From IMG/VR virus record IMGVR_UViG_3300021420_000007, positions 1 through 51,748 of that record: a stretch of DNA of 51,748 bases. The stretch is one strand, 5' to 3'. Each line of letters starts with the position of its first letter. The first letter of the stretch is position 1. A program made the translations under genes and the position numbers. The notes under the pieces were generated by a model that saw nothing but the letters and a program-made list of their open reading frames with translations, was not told the DNA's origin and searched no databases. Shown here piece after piece: positions 37,609-46,872 of the stretch. The DNA is from a virus (taxonomy: Duplodnaviria; Caudoviricetes).

Positions 37609-38120
37609 GGCATGCGCCTCGGATATAATAAATTGCCTGGCAAATACAGCGGATGTGAAGGCTCTCCGCCCCGCGTGAGCATCAAATAGTAGCGCGTCGC
37701 GTTCTGAATGATGTCGGGCACGGGATCGATACGATTGCCGCCCCATGCGCAGACGAACATCCGCATAGTAGACAGTCCGAGCCATTGCTCGATGTGATAT
37801 TCGTTCTGGGGGCCGGCACGATAGTCAGCATCGAGCTTACGTAGTTCAGCCGGGTTGGTCGCCCGATATGCGTAGAGATTGACGACGATGGCGCGGCCAA
37901 ATCCCCACGAGTCAGAGAAACCCACCACGCGACGCAACGTCGGGTCGTCTATATGCGCGTCCGCCGTACTCGGATTCAACATGCACCACAGTACATAAGG
38001 ACTGTTGGCATCCGCACCCGACCAACGACGTTCCAGCCAGTAACGATATGTGCCGCCCGGGCTGATCAGCGCGTCGCGGTATTCGATGTCAGGAAGCGGG
38101 AACGGACGACTACGGATCAT
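37605..38120 (-). CDS. DUF1643 family protein
   Basis: YRYWLERRW, MLNPSTAD..DDPT, VVNLYAYRATNP, AWG and HPLY motifs. Confidence 0.9.
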   Translation of the reverse strand: MIRSRPFPLPDIEYRDALISPGGTYRYWLERRWSGADANSPYVLWCMLNPSTADAHIDDPTLRRVVGFSDSWGFGRAIVVNLYAYRATNPAELRKLDADYRAGPQNEYHIEQWLGLSTMRMFVCAWGGNRIDPVPDIIQNATRYYLMLTRGGEPSHPLYLPGNLLYPRRMP

Positions 38121-38425
38121 GTGCGCGTACGTATGCGGTTGGTGCCAAACAATCCATTTTTAGCCGATGTGTAGCTCGGGGTCGCTGCACGCTCAGCACG
38201 TTTGGCTGCCGCACATTGACGCTGATATCGAGTTAACGCCTCATCAACACAGAGTGGAGGCACACCGCTCTTGAGCAACCGTACTACGCGCCCGAAATGC
38301 ACGCGGCTGCGAGCTTGAGAGCCAGTCTCATTGACATGACCACACGTAAGGCACTTCATATGAGCGTGCATTGTGTCCATGCCGCACGTAGGGCAGGGCT
38401 GACGACTAATATTGCGGATTCCCAT
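38117..38425 (-). CDS. Zn-ribbon hypothetical protein (probably leaderless)
   Basis: CPTC…CLTC; TTGACA-16-TATGGT-7nt-ATG at 38425. Confidence 0.6.
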   Translation of the reverse strand: MGIRNISRQPCPTCGMDTMHAHMKCLTCGHVNETGSQARSRVHFGRVVRLLKSGVPPLCVDEALTRYQRQCAAAKRAERAATPSYTSAKNGLFGTNRIRTRT

Positions 38426-38463
38426 GTCGCGCACCATAGCATAGCTGACGCGAGTGTCAATCT

Positions 38464-38544
38464 TTACTCGGCGGCCTCATCGTCAGGCCCATCATTAGGG
38501 CCACCGCGGCCGGGTCCGTAATCGTCGCTGTCGGGAGGGGGCAT
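38464..38544 (-). CDS. 26-aa acidic micro-peptide
   Basis: AGGAG SD; MPPPDSDDYGPGRGGPNDGPDDEAAE. Confidence 0.4.
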   Translation of the reverse strand: MPPPDSDDYGPGRGGPNDGPDDEAAE

Positions 38545-38591
38545 GGCAATCTCCTAAGGGATGAAGCCATTATCCTCTCTGTCGCATCGCA

Positions 38592-38888
38592 TCATGTGGG
38601 CGATTTGACCCGCGTAGCAAGAAAAGCCGGGACACATTGAAATTGCAGGTAATTGAGCAACACGACTCGATCAGCCGCCGCCATATCTCCCGGGACTGTT
38701 ATGTCTAGCGCTAGGTTTCCGTTTCGCACGCGCCGAGGGGCCGGGTTCTTCGTGGGGTTGCAAGCGCAGCCTATACACTCGTCGTTTTTGACGTAGCGGC
38801 CTGACGTATGGCCTCGCGAGCAAGAGCTACCGTCATAGTAACGATGATTTCCCGCGGCTATGGCTTCGGATTTACTAAATAGTTCCAT
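38592..38888 (-). CDS. Phage Cys/His Zn-finger-like protein
   Basis: G..RYYDG..C..GH…R…..CIGC motif; AAGGAG SD. Confidence 0.7.
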   Translation of the reverse strand: MELFSKSEAIAAGNHRYYDGSSCSRGHTSGRYVKNDECIGCACNPTKNPAPRRVRNGNLALDITVPGDMAAADRVVLLNYLQFQCVPAFLATRVKSPT

Positions 38889-38918
38889 AATATACTCCTT
38901 AGTTAAACGCGGCTAATT

Positions 38919-39079
38919 GTATCATAGTATCACTTAAATACTCAAGATACTCTTCACTTTCTATTGTTATACCTCTACCCCTCTTCCCCCCTCTTCCCCC
39001 CTCTTCCCCCCTCTCTAGTTAACAATAATCTTTCTAAAGCACAACAATAGAAAGCTAGGGGTATCTAAAGTATCATAGT
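38919..39079. repeat. Polypyrimidine tandem repeat inside an inverted repeat (candidate ori/pac)
   Basis: (CTCTTCCCCC)x3; CTTTCTATTGTT (38957) / AACAATAGAAAG (39043); GTATCATAGT direct repeat at 38919 and 39070. Confidence 0.8.
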
Positions 39080-39177
39080 GGCACTATACCATTGCTTACA
39101 GATTCTTGTGGCTACTATGCTTACTCTTCAAGTGAACGGGATTTGCGGCTTACTTTGGTTTCGCGTAACTTAGCAAT

Positions 39178-39909
39178 ATGGACGCCCTACCCACCACGGC
39201 AGGTCCGCCCGCCGCGACACTGCCGCCCATACCGTTGTTGACTCGACGACAGGAAAACTATGCTCGTTGCGTGGCTATGGGTATGTCGTACGCCGAAGCG
39301 TTCCGCCAAGCGGGTTGTGTGGCCAGCACGTATGGCAGCATGTCGCAGCAAATTCAAGGGCTGAACAAAACGCTTCACGTCCGTCAGCGCATCGCAGAAC
39401 TACGAGAACGGGCCGATGCACAAACCGTCTCGACGATTGCTGAACGTATGTTGTGGCTGCGCCTGATTGTGACGGCTGACCCCGAAGAATTATCGCGTGT
39501 CGTGCATGATCCATGCGGCAATTGTTGGCCGGACGTTGAGATAGCTAGCGCTTATGCAGCGCATTTTGCGCCTTGCGAACTAGGCAATAGGCCGGCGCTG
39601 CCTGACTCGACCAAGCCCCGCATAGATTGCCCGCATTGCATGGGCGCCGGCACGACACGTGTCGTGCTCACGCCCACGGATGAACTGAGCCCCGCGGCCC
39701 GCGCGCTGTTCAAGGGCGCCAAGCAAAACGAGAAAGGCGTCATAGAAATTCAGATGCATGATCAAATGGCCGCAGCCGAAATGCTGAACAAACTGCAATC
39801 GGCCTATGTCACACGCAGCTTGAATCTCAACGCCAACGTTGCTGTCCACGCTGCACGTGAAGTAAAGCCCGAGGATTTGGCCGGTCTGCTAGAATCGTTC
39901 AACACATGA
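39178..39909 (+). CDS. terS: Terminase small subunit with Zn-finger insertion
   Basis: LTRRQENYA HTH; CGNC/CPHC; KGAKQ..GVIEIQMHDQ..A; upstream of terL. Confidence 0.8.
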   Translation: MDALPTTAGPPAATLPPIPLLTRRQENYARCVAMGMSYAEAFRQAGCVASTYGSMSQQIQGLNKTLHVRQRIAELRERADAQTVSTIAERMLWLRLIVTADPEELSRVVHDPCGNCWPDVEIASAYAAHFAPCELGNRPALPDSTKPRIDCPHCMGAGTTRVVLTPTDELSPAARALFKGAKQNEKGVIEIQMHDQMAAAEMLNKLQSAYVTRSLNLNANVAVHAAREVKPEDLAGLLESFNT

Positions 39910-40244
39910 CGCCAGCCCGCAAGCGAGCCGTACGCAAATGGAAAGCGGCAAACCCTGACAAACTCAAGGCTATGAGCCGTAGCTATCTGAACCGCAACCG
40001 CGCAACGATGCGTGACGGCCATCGTAAGTACATGGGGCTGCCTGAGCCGACGCGGCCGGCGCCCGAAGCGTGCGAGTGCTGCGGCGGCCGAGATACAAAC
40101 GCCGTATTGTGCCTCGACCATGACCACACGACGGGCGCGTTTCGCGGCTGGCTATGCAAGCGCTGTAACTCGGCAATCGGCCTGCTAGGCGATACGCTGT
40201 ACGGCGTGCTATGCGCCGTTGATTACCTGATGGCGCGCAAATGA
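39906..40244 (+). CDS. Endonuclease VII-family endonuclease between terS and terL
   Basis: CECC…LDHDH…RGWLCKRCNSAIG motif. Confidence 0.85.
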   Translation: MTPARKRAVRKWKAANPDKLKAMSRSYLNRNRATMRDGHRKYMGLPEPTRPAPEACECCGGRDTNAVLCLDHDHTTGAFRGWLCKRCNSAIGLLGDTLYGVLCAVDYLMARK

Positions 40245-42106
40245 CGCCGGCCGAGGCGCTTATCGTTGCTGCCGACGCGGCGCACGAGGCTATGTGCAGG
40301 CCCCCCGCGGTCGCCCTTCGATTCGACGAGTTGCGCACGAGCCCGTACCGCGACGCATTCATTGCGGCCATGACCAACGACGAGCGGGCCGAGCTATCCG
40401 CCTATACAATGAGGCGTATCGAACTGCGCGACATATACGGGGCGCAGGCCGAGGCGTTGCATGCGCGCGAGTCGCGTTTAGCATGGCTGCGGCGCGGCGA
40501 CAGCGCCAAGCGGGTAGCGTTGGTCAAAGCATATTACGGGCGCAACGCCGATACGATGGCTACGTTTATCGACTCATGGGGCTACACAGTCGATCCGCGG
40601 CTACTGAGCGAAGGCAAAAATCCCGTATGCGCCTTTACGCTATTTCCCAAGCAGCGCGAGATGATAAAGTGGCTCATCGGCTGTTGGCTCGCGAGCAAGC
40701 CCGGTGTAGTTGTCAAGTCGCGCGACGTGGGCGCCTCGTGGGTCGCCATGGCGCTCCTTGCCACACTGTGTATATTTCGCAATGGCTTCGCGGCCGGCGT
40801 GGGCTCAGCGGTCGAGATTAAGATTGATCGTAGTGGCGATCCTGACACGCTGTTCTACAAAATCCGTTCGTTCCTTGAGCATCTGCCGGCTGAGTTTAAT
40901 GCGGGATTCAATATAGACCAATGCTCGGCTGACAAGCGTGTCAATTTCCCGCTCACAGGATCTAGCATCACAGGTGAAGCGGGCGACCAAGCGGGGCGCG
41001 GCGGACGTAAGGCTATTTTCATTGTTGACGAGTCGGCACATTTCGAGCATCCCAAAATCATCGACAAGAATCTGAGCGCTAACACTAAGTGCCGTATCGA
41101 CATGTCCTCAGTCAACGGCATGGCGAACAGTTTTTACACGCGCGCACACAACCCGGCTATTGAGCGATTTGATTTCACCTGGCGCGACGACCCACGCAAA
41201 AATTACGAGGGATCGAATTGGTACACAACACAACAAGCCGAACTTGACGAAGTTGTACTCAAGCAAGAAATTGATTGCGATTTCGCCGCGTCGCTTGAGG
41301 GTGTATGTATCCCGTCCATATGGGTACAGGCTGCTATCGACATTGATAAATTCCTCGGTATCGATATGGAAGCGGGCGCATGGCGCGCGGCGCTCGATAT
41401 CGCGGATCGCGGCAACGACAAGTGCGCGCTCGTACTCACGAAAGGCCGCAAATATATGTTCGCCGCGCAATGGTCTGGCAAGGCGTCGGATACGGGATAC
41501 AGCGTGCAGCGCGCATTCAGCATTTGTGAAGCGTACGGCATAACGGCGCTCGACTACGACGCGGACGGCATGGGCGGCGCGGCCGTGCATTCGGATGCTC
41601 GGCTCATCAACGAAGCACGTGGCGAGACCCAAACCAAGCTCAAAGATCCTACGCCCGGCGAGTATTTCGCGCACGGGACTATCGGCACATATCCTTACCG
41701 CGGTTCGGAGGCTGTCGTGCGTCCCGAGGCTATCGTGCCCGGAACGAAGCGTAAGGCTAAGGATCTATTCACTAACCGCAAAGCGCAAACCTGGTACGAA
41801 GGCCGTCTCGGATTTTTTAACGCATGGAAGGCTCGTAACGGCAAGCCATACGATCCGTTGCGTATGATATGCATCGCTGGCGATCTAGCCAATGAGGACG
41901 GCAAGCCATCCTTGCGCGACTTGCTTGTGTCGCAATTGTCGCAGGCCACGGTCAAGGAAACGATTGCCGGCAAGATCCAAATTGACAAAGCGCCCGATGA
42001 CGTGGCAAGCCCCGACGTGGCCGACGCCGCGTTGATGACTACGGCCCCGCGCAAGTCGAGCATGAATAACATGGGCGCACTGCTTGCCATAGTTACATCG
42101 GCGTAG
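40241..42106 (+). CDS. terL: Terminase large subunit
   Basis: KSRDVGASW (Walker A), GRGGR, IVDESAH (Walker B), ALDIAD and SPDVADA nuclease motifs. Confidence 0.92.
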   Translation: MTPAEALIVAADAAHEAMCRPPAVALRFDELRTSPYRDAFIAAMTNDERAELSAYTMRRIELRDIYGAQAEALHARESRLAWLRRGDSAKRVALVKAYYGRNADTMATFIDSWGYTVDPRLLSEGKNPVCAFTLFPKQREMIKWLIGCWLASKPGVVVKSRDVGASWVAMALLATLCIFRNGFAAGVGSAVEIKIDRSGDPDTLFYKIRSFLEHLPAEFNAGFNIDQCSADKRVNFPLTGSSITGEAGDQAGRGGRKAIFIVDESAHFEHPKIIDKNLSANTKCRIDMSSVNGMANSFYTRAHNPAIERFDFTWRDDPRKNYEGSNWYTTQQAELDEVVLKQEIDCDFAASLEGVCIPSIWVQAAIDIDKFLGIDMEAGAWRAALDIADRGNDKCALVLTKGRKYMFAAQWSGKASDTGYSVQRAFSICEAYGITALDYDADGMGGAAVHSDARLINEARGETQTKLKDPTPGEYFAHGTIGTYPYRGSEAVVRPEAIVPGTKRKAKDLFTNRKAQTWYEGRLGFFNAWKARNGKPYDPLRMICIAGDLANEDGKPSLRDLLVSQLSQATVKETIAGKIQIDKAPDDVASPDVADAALMTTAPRKSSMNNMGALLAIVTSA

Positions 42107-42119
42107 TAGTCTGCGCGGT

Positions 42120-42947
42120 ATGACAGTCGCCCTTAGATACGTTTCGAGCCCTGTAGCCGTTACGCTGCAAAGCTATTACAGCGCGGCTTCGACAGGCTTC
42201 GCCACGTGGGCCGGTAAAGGTGATGGCACGCAGCCGCCCGGCACGCCATACGTTCAGCAAATCTCATTGCAGGAAAGTCCTTGGAACGTCGTTGATGTAA
42301 ACGCCACGACATGGCTTGCATCGTTTATTTCGTCACGCTCCGCCGATACGTTGCTGTCCCAGATTGCCATTAATGCGACGGTATTCCCGCCGCCGAATTC
42401 AGTACCGGGCACAGTCGTGCCGCCGCAGTTACCGATGCCGTTGTCAATTTCTGTGACGCCCGTAACACCGACTGTCGCCAAGGGTAACACACAACAATTT
42501 CGGGCGTTTGGCGTTTATGCGAGCGGCGATGTTGATTTGACCAATGCAGTTACTTGGGCGTCGTCAGCTGCGAGCAATGCGACGATTGCCGCTGGTGGAC
42601 TTGCGACAACGCTGGCCGTTGGGCCGACGACCATATCGGCCATGTTCGACGGCGTCGTGGGATCTACCACGCTGACGGTGGGCGCCGCCGCGCTCGTATC
42701 GGTTGCCGTAACGCCTGCCGCGCCGACAATTGCGCACGCGGCCACGCAACAATTTACGGCGACTGGTACGTACACGGACAGTTCAACACAGGATTTGACT
42801 TCGACGGCTACGTGGGTATCATCCGACCCGACCAAAGCAACGATTGCCGCTGGCGGCTTGGCGACGGGCGTAGCTGCCGGCACCACGAATATTACTGCGC
42901 AGTCAGGCGCTGTTGTATCGCCTACCGATACACTGACTCTCACGTAA
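42120..42947 (+). CDS. Ig-like (Big_2 x2) protein, probable virion decoration
   Basis: Two SISVTP…QQF.A.G.Y…DLT…TW.SS…ATI…GLAT repeats. Confidence 0.8.
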   Translation: MTVALRYVSSPVAVTLQSYYSAASTGFATWAGKGDGTQPPGTPYVQQISLQESPWNVVDVNATTWLASFISSRSADTLLSQIAINATVFPPPNSVPGTVVPPQLPMPLSISVTPVTPTVAKGNTQQFRAFGVYASGDVDLTNAVTWASSAASNATIAAGGLATTLAVGPTTISAMFDGVVGSTTLTVGAAALVSVAVTPAAPTIAHAATQQFTATGTYTDSSTQDLTSTATWVSSDPTKATIAAGGLATGVAAGTTNITAQSGAVVSPTDTLTLT

Positions 42948-42977
42948 CGTTTTTTCCACAACGACAGGAGTAGACCC

Positions 42978-43490
42978 GTGAAGACTTTGAAAGTATTGGG
43001 GATAGGCGTAATCGCTCTGTTTGCGGCAAGCTTCAGCATGGCTGCGACGCTCGCGCCGTTGGCGATACCGACAGGAATTCCGCCCGGATATTACGTGCAT
43101 GTGTCTTGTACGGCTGCGACGTTCAACGCGGATAATTCCGTTAGCGGCACGTGCGACAGACGGACAGCAAGCGGCAGTAGCGGGCGCGGCGGCCATCCGA
43201 CATACACCAACGCCATCTATACCGCCTCGTGGGACGTGAACGGCAATGCCCTGACGGCGGCCGCGTATTGCGGAACGTTCATAGTGAACTATCCATACGT
43301 CCATGTCTGGACATATGCGCCTGGTTTTAACGCTTCGACTTGTTACCTGCCTGTCCAAGGTTCAACGCAAGTCGCGCTGTACGACCCCTCACGCGGATAC
43401 ACCGATTGGTGGTTTTACATCACTACATCGGCGAACGGAGCTTACGAACTGCTCACACAAGGCGGGTCTGGCTACATCTACGGGTTCTAG
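42978..43490 (+). CDS. Secreted protein with Sec signal peptide
   Basis: MKTLKVLGIGVIALFAASFSMA-A; AGGAG SD; Tyr/Thr-rich with 4 Cys. Confidence 0.7.
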   Translation: MKTLKVLGIGVIALFAASFSMAATLAPLAIPTGIPPGYYVHVSCTAATFNADNSVSGTCDRRTASGSSGRGGHPTYTNAIYTASWDVNGNALTAAAYCGTFIVNYPYVHVWTYAPGFNASTCYLPVQGSTQVALYDPSRGYTDWWFYITTSANGAYELLTQGGSGYIYGF

Positions 43491-43497
43491 TTACACT

Positions 43498-43755
43498 GTG
43501 AATAATTTCTTGACCCGGCTTGTCACGCCTGCATTTATTACGTGGCAAGCGCATATGTGGTTTGCCTATGCCGTTGCGTTTACGTGGTGCAACACGTGGA
43601 CTGTCGGCGGCGCAGTCGTGGCGGCCGGCGTCAAGGAATTTTACATCGACAAGCATTTTGAGGATACGCAGACGTTTGACGACAATGCACGAGACTTCGC
43701 CGGCTACATGGCTGGCGTTGTTCTTGCGGTCCTTGCGCGCCGGGCCGGACTGTAA
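43498..43755 (+). CDS. Small membrane protein
   Basis: Hydrophobic helices with a H…KE..D…D pattern; probable GTG start at 43498. Confidence 0.55.
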   Translation: MNNFLTRLVTPAFITWQAHMWFAYAVAFTWCNTWTVGGAVVAAGVKEFYIDKHFEDTQTFDDNARDFAGYMAGVVLAVLARRAGL

Positions 43756-43980
43756 TAAGCTGGAGTCGGTTCCGGGCATTCCCTTAAATCCGCGCGCGTC
43801 TTGAGCGTTTGCGGTTGGGCTCAAACTCCTGCCCGTGGTGGCCGCGAACGTCTCAGGGCCGCGTCAAATCATCCAATATATAGTAAATCAGCGCGGCGAA
43901 AATGCACCATATCGTGATGGCGTTAACGCCGCGCATGAACATAACGGAGTATTCGTAGATCTGCTTGTGAGTCGGCCGTT

Positions 43981-44226
43981 TCATCGCGGCCATTCGTGCA
44001 TAACCGGATTCCACGGATAACCCGCCGCACGCTCCGTGAGCCAATCTGCAACGTGCTGCGCTTCGGCCTGCGTCACGTAATACTGCGAATGCGGTTGAAA
44101 CGTTTTCGCCCGGTAGCGGCGCGCACAGGGCCACGAATGGTTATCGCGGACGATGTAGCCACCATGCGGGCTGGATATAACCTCGAACCGGGGACGCTGC
44201 GCCGAACACTGATCGAAGCGCATCAT
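43981..44226 (-). CDS. Hypothetical protein
   Basis: ATGA-coupled ORF in the leftward cluster. Confidence 0.5.
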   Translation of the reverse strand: MMRFDQCSAQRPRFEVISSPHGGYIVRDNHSWPCARRYRAKTFQPHSQYYVTQAEAQHVADWLTERAAGYPWNPVMHEWPR

Positions 44227-44420
44227 GTGGCATTATCGTCAGGTACGATAATGACCGGCACTACGCGATATGAAAAGTCGCGGGGCGGCTTGTGGAATTG
44301 TTGTTGATAACGTGTCGAGGCCTCAGCCCCAAGATCACTACAAGCTTTATATGTGTCGCAGATGGCGGCGCCGCGTTCAGGCTGGCCGAGGATTGCAAGA
44401 ATCAACATGAAGGCATGCAT
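44223..44420 (-). CDS. Small exported hypothetical protein
   Basis: Hydrophobic N-terminus; GAGG SD. Confidence 0.55.
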   Translation of the reverse strand: MHAFMLILAILGQPERGAAICDTYKACSDLGAEASTRYQQQFHKPPRDFSYRVVPVIIVPDDNAT

Positions 44421-44599
44421 GGTTTATACCTCATCAGGGGTGTAAAACTCGCTTGCGTCGTGCAGGCGCGGGCGAGGTTTTGTGAAATCTATTCGTTGTA
44501 CCACAACGCGCGGCCAGTGACGTACAAACCGCGAAGCGGCCTGTATGTTTGGGGCTTGCATCGTGGATACGACTTTGCCGACGATTACGATGTAGGTTT

Positions 44600-44800
44600 T
44601 CACGCGATAACTTCCGGGCGCAGCGGCGCAGTGCCGCCCCGGCGCCCGGTTGGGCCTTCGACACCATGCGCGAATGTCGGCAAGCGCATGCGCGCCGTGT
44701 CCGTCAATGCTGCGTGGGCCGTGTATTCGCTTCGTTCGCTTCGCTTGTCCATGGTGAGAGTATCGGCCACGTTGCGCGGGGCTTGAGTGATGTGCGTCAC
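44600..44800 (-). CDS. Hypothetical protein
   Basis: GTGA-coupled ORF. Confidence 0.4.
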   Translation of the reverse strand: MTHITQAPRNVADTLTMDKRSERSEYTAHAALTDTARMRLPTFAHGVEGPTGRRGGTAPLRPEVIA

Positions 44801-45174
44801 AGTTCGTCACGGTAGCCGTATGGGCATTCCGGCATGTGCGCTTCGTCACAATGCGATAGGCAGCAATCGCGCACTACGTCCACCATGGGCGCAACTAGGA
44901 TAACCGTTGGCCCCCTGCGCTGCGCTCGGGCCTGCGCGTCGGGTTCTACAATGTCAACCGTCCATGCCGGCGCCGGCTGCATCTTGGCCAGCACGTTGGT
45001 GCAGATGGCCACGACTTGCGCGTAGCTGTTCGCATTCATGGGGATGCGCTGCCCGGCTGTTATAAGCCACTGGTACAACTCGCGAGCGAAGGCGCGGTAA
45101 ATCCAACGGCGCAGTATGTCCACTTCTTGCGCCTCGGTGCGCAACTTGGGGGCGCGATACATGAGCCGGTTCAC
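44797..45174 (-). CDS. Hypothetical protein with C-terminal Cys/His cluster
   Basis: DCCLSHCDEAHMPECPY C-terminus. Confidence 0.5.
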   Translation of the reverse strand: MNRLMYRAPKLRTEAQEVDILRRWIYRAFARELYQWLITAGQRIPMNANSYAQVVAICTNVLAKMQPAPAWTVDIVEPDAQARAQRRGPTVILVAPMVDVVRDCCLSHCDEAHMPECPYGYRDEL

Positions 45175-45205
45175 GTGGCGAACCCGATGATTGCTTGGTA
45201 TATAT

Positions 45206-45391
45206 TCATTTGATGTCTGCGCGCAGCGGCGCAGTCAGAGGCGCAAGGGTCTCTACCGGACTGCGCGTGTAACGGTTGGCGACGCGGCACATGTGCAGGG
45301 CGTCGAGTATGTTGGCGTGAGTCGAGAGGCCAACCGTGTCGTCCGTGCGGGCCACTAAGTAACCATTAACGTGTGTGCGGATCTGGTACAT
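45206..45391 (-). CDS. Hypothetical protein
   Basis: GGAG SD downstream of the operator-promoter at 45427-45440. Confidence 0.6.
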   Translation of the reverse strand: MYQIRTHVNGYLVARTDDTVGLSTHANILDALHMCRVANRYTRSPVETLAPLTAPLRADIK

Positions 45392-45460
45392 TTACTTGAC
45401 TCCGTTGATGTTCATGTAGCGTATTCTGACGCAAATGTCAGGCCGTGTATGTGATGCGCG

Positions 45461-45697
45461 TCACGATTTTGAATACCGGCGATAAAAGCCATTCGCCCAC
45501 GGTTGCGGCCCGCGATTGTATGGGATGGCGCCCGCGCTCATGGTACCGCGAATGTGAGTTTGCTGATACGTGGCTGGATGAACGCCCGCTAGGTATTCAA
45601 GTTCGCCATGCGGCGCGCCGGCCTGCCAGTCGAACCGATGATAACGGTTACGGGAGAGGTTAGGCCCATTCATCTGCAGCCCCCAACTATCAACCAC
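45461..45697 (-). CDS. Hypothetical protein
   Basis: ORF in the leftward cluster; start probably ATGA-coupled at about 45673. Confidence 0.4.
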   Translation of the reverse strand: MVDSWGLQMNGPNLSRNRYHRFDWQAGAPHGELEYLAGVHPATYQQTHIRGTMSAGAIPYNRGPQPWANGFYRRYSKS

Positions 45698-45888
45698 TCC
45701 CGATGGTGCCGCACTGCGTCGTCCACGACCCCGTCGGCGTACTGTTGCTTAGCTTCACACTGCCGGTACCGACGGTCGCAGACAGGCATACGCTGCGTCT
45801 GTTCGAGCGGGTCTGATTCGAGCGTCATGTCGGCTGCCGCGGTCAACGCTCGATTTGCATCATATTCGTTCATGTCGTCGTCATCCAT
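45670..45888 (-). CDS. Acidic hypothetical protein
   Basis: Coupled ORF. Confidence 0.5.
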   Translation of the reverse strand: MDDDDMNEYDANRALTAAADMTLESDPLEQTQRMPVCDRRYRQCEAKQQYADGVVDDAVRHHREWLIVGGCR

Positions 45889-46478
45889 TCGCCGTCAATG
45901 AACGTATACAGCGGACGTAAGCGCAAGACTTCAGCATTCGCCGCGTCACGTTCGGTTTCGGCACGCCTCCGCTCATCAACGAGCTTGTTGTATCCCTCGA
46001 CCGGCAACGTAACATAGCCATTGCCGACGGCGTGCTTGCGTGCCTGGTCCTCATGGGTTTGGGCGCAGGGTTTCTTGAGTTCGGCCCACGCGTTGCGCGC
46101 ATCGGTTCGGGCCTCGTCTCGTTGGTCGCGCGCCTCGAACAGTTGCTTGCGCAGGATATCGGCCGCCTCGCGGGCCTCACGCAAAAGCCCGTTCGTGTGG
46201 TCGAGCGTGGCTTGCCAACGGGTTTCGAGGGCGAGCGCGTTGCGGCGTGCTGTCTCAGTCTGCGCCTGCCAATGCGATGCGTGCAGGTTGGTTCCGTTGA
46301 GCATGTCGGCAATCTGCCGGGCAACGGCCTCGTCGTACGACCATGCGCGTATGCCGTCGCGGCTCATGGGCTGCGCGGCGTGCGTGTCGATGACTCGCCA
46401 AGAAATCTTGGGTACTGCGCCGCGGCGGGTGCTGTACGCACTTTGCCAAACGGTCATGGGGGCTACTTGGTATCGCAT
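45870..46478 (-). CDS. Coiled-coil hypothetical protein
   Basis: AGGAG SD; heptad-rich body. Confidence 0.65.
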   Translation of the reverse strand: MRYQVAPMTVWQSAYSTRRGAVPKISWRVIDTHAAQPMSRDGIRAWSYDEAVARQIADMLNGTNLHASHWQAQTETARRNALALETRWQATLDHTNGLLREAREAADILRKQLFEARDQRDEARTDARNAWAELKKPCAQTHEDQARKHAVGNGYVTLPVEGYNKLVDERRRAETERDAANAEVLRLRPLYTFIDGEWMTTT

Positions 46479-46495
46479 GTGAGGAAACTCCCTAA

Positions 46496-46717
46496 TTATA
46501 ATTGCACGTAATAGACAGTGCGGACGCGACCGTCAGGAACGCCAAAGGATACATAAGGGCGAAGCTGACCGCGAAGCGCGAAACCGGTAGCTTTTTCGCC
46601 GTTGGCGCGACGGCGTTTCAATTCGATATTACGCGCACGTAGGGCTTGTTTTTGTGCGTCATCCTGAGAAATATCTTGCGCGTCCATGAAATCAAGAGGA
46701 TCGAATGAAAGTTGCAT
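46496..46717 (-). CDS. Hypothetical early protein
   Basis: AGGAG SD; first gene after TTGACA-17-CAGAAT. Confidence 0.65.
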   Translation of the reverse strand: MQLSFDPLDFMDAQDISQDDAQKQALRARNIELKRRRANGEKATGFALRGQLRPYVSFGVPDGRVRTVYYVQL

Positions 46718-46746
46718 CTGGTAATCTCCTAGTTGTGTGTGGCGCT

Positions 46747-46775
46747 ATTCTGATAGCATCTGACACGCGTGTCAA
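46747..46775 (-). promoter_or_regulatory. Promoter TTGACA-17-CAGAAT with perfect palindrome TGACACGCGTGTCA (46761-46774)
   Basis: Direct reading. Confidence 0.75.
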
Positions 46776-46805
46776 CTCGTATATTGAGACTCATATCACA
46801 AAAAT

Positions 46806-46837
46806 TGGCCGATATATGGCCGATATATGGCCGATAT
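46806..46837. repeat. (TGGCCGATATA)x3 tandem repeat upstream of the portal gene
   Basis: 11-bp period; third copy lacks the last base. Confidence 0.88.
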
Positions 46838-46872
46838 TGTGACGCCGGTCGCATTCGGCTAAACTGCCCGGT

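Noticed and set aside
43757-43830. tRNA on the minus strand (ends …CCGACTCCA)
   Set aside because: No T-loop GTTC motif or cloverleaf; only a short TTGAGC/GCTCAA hairpin.
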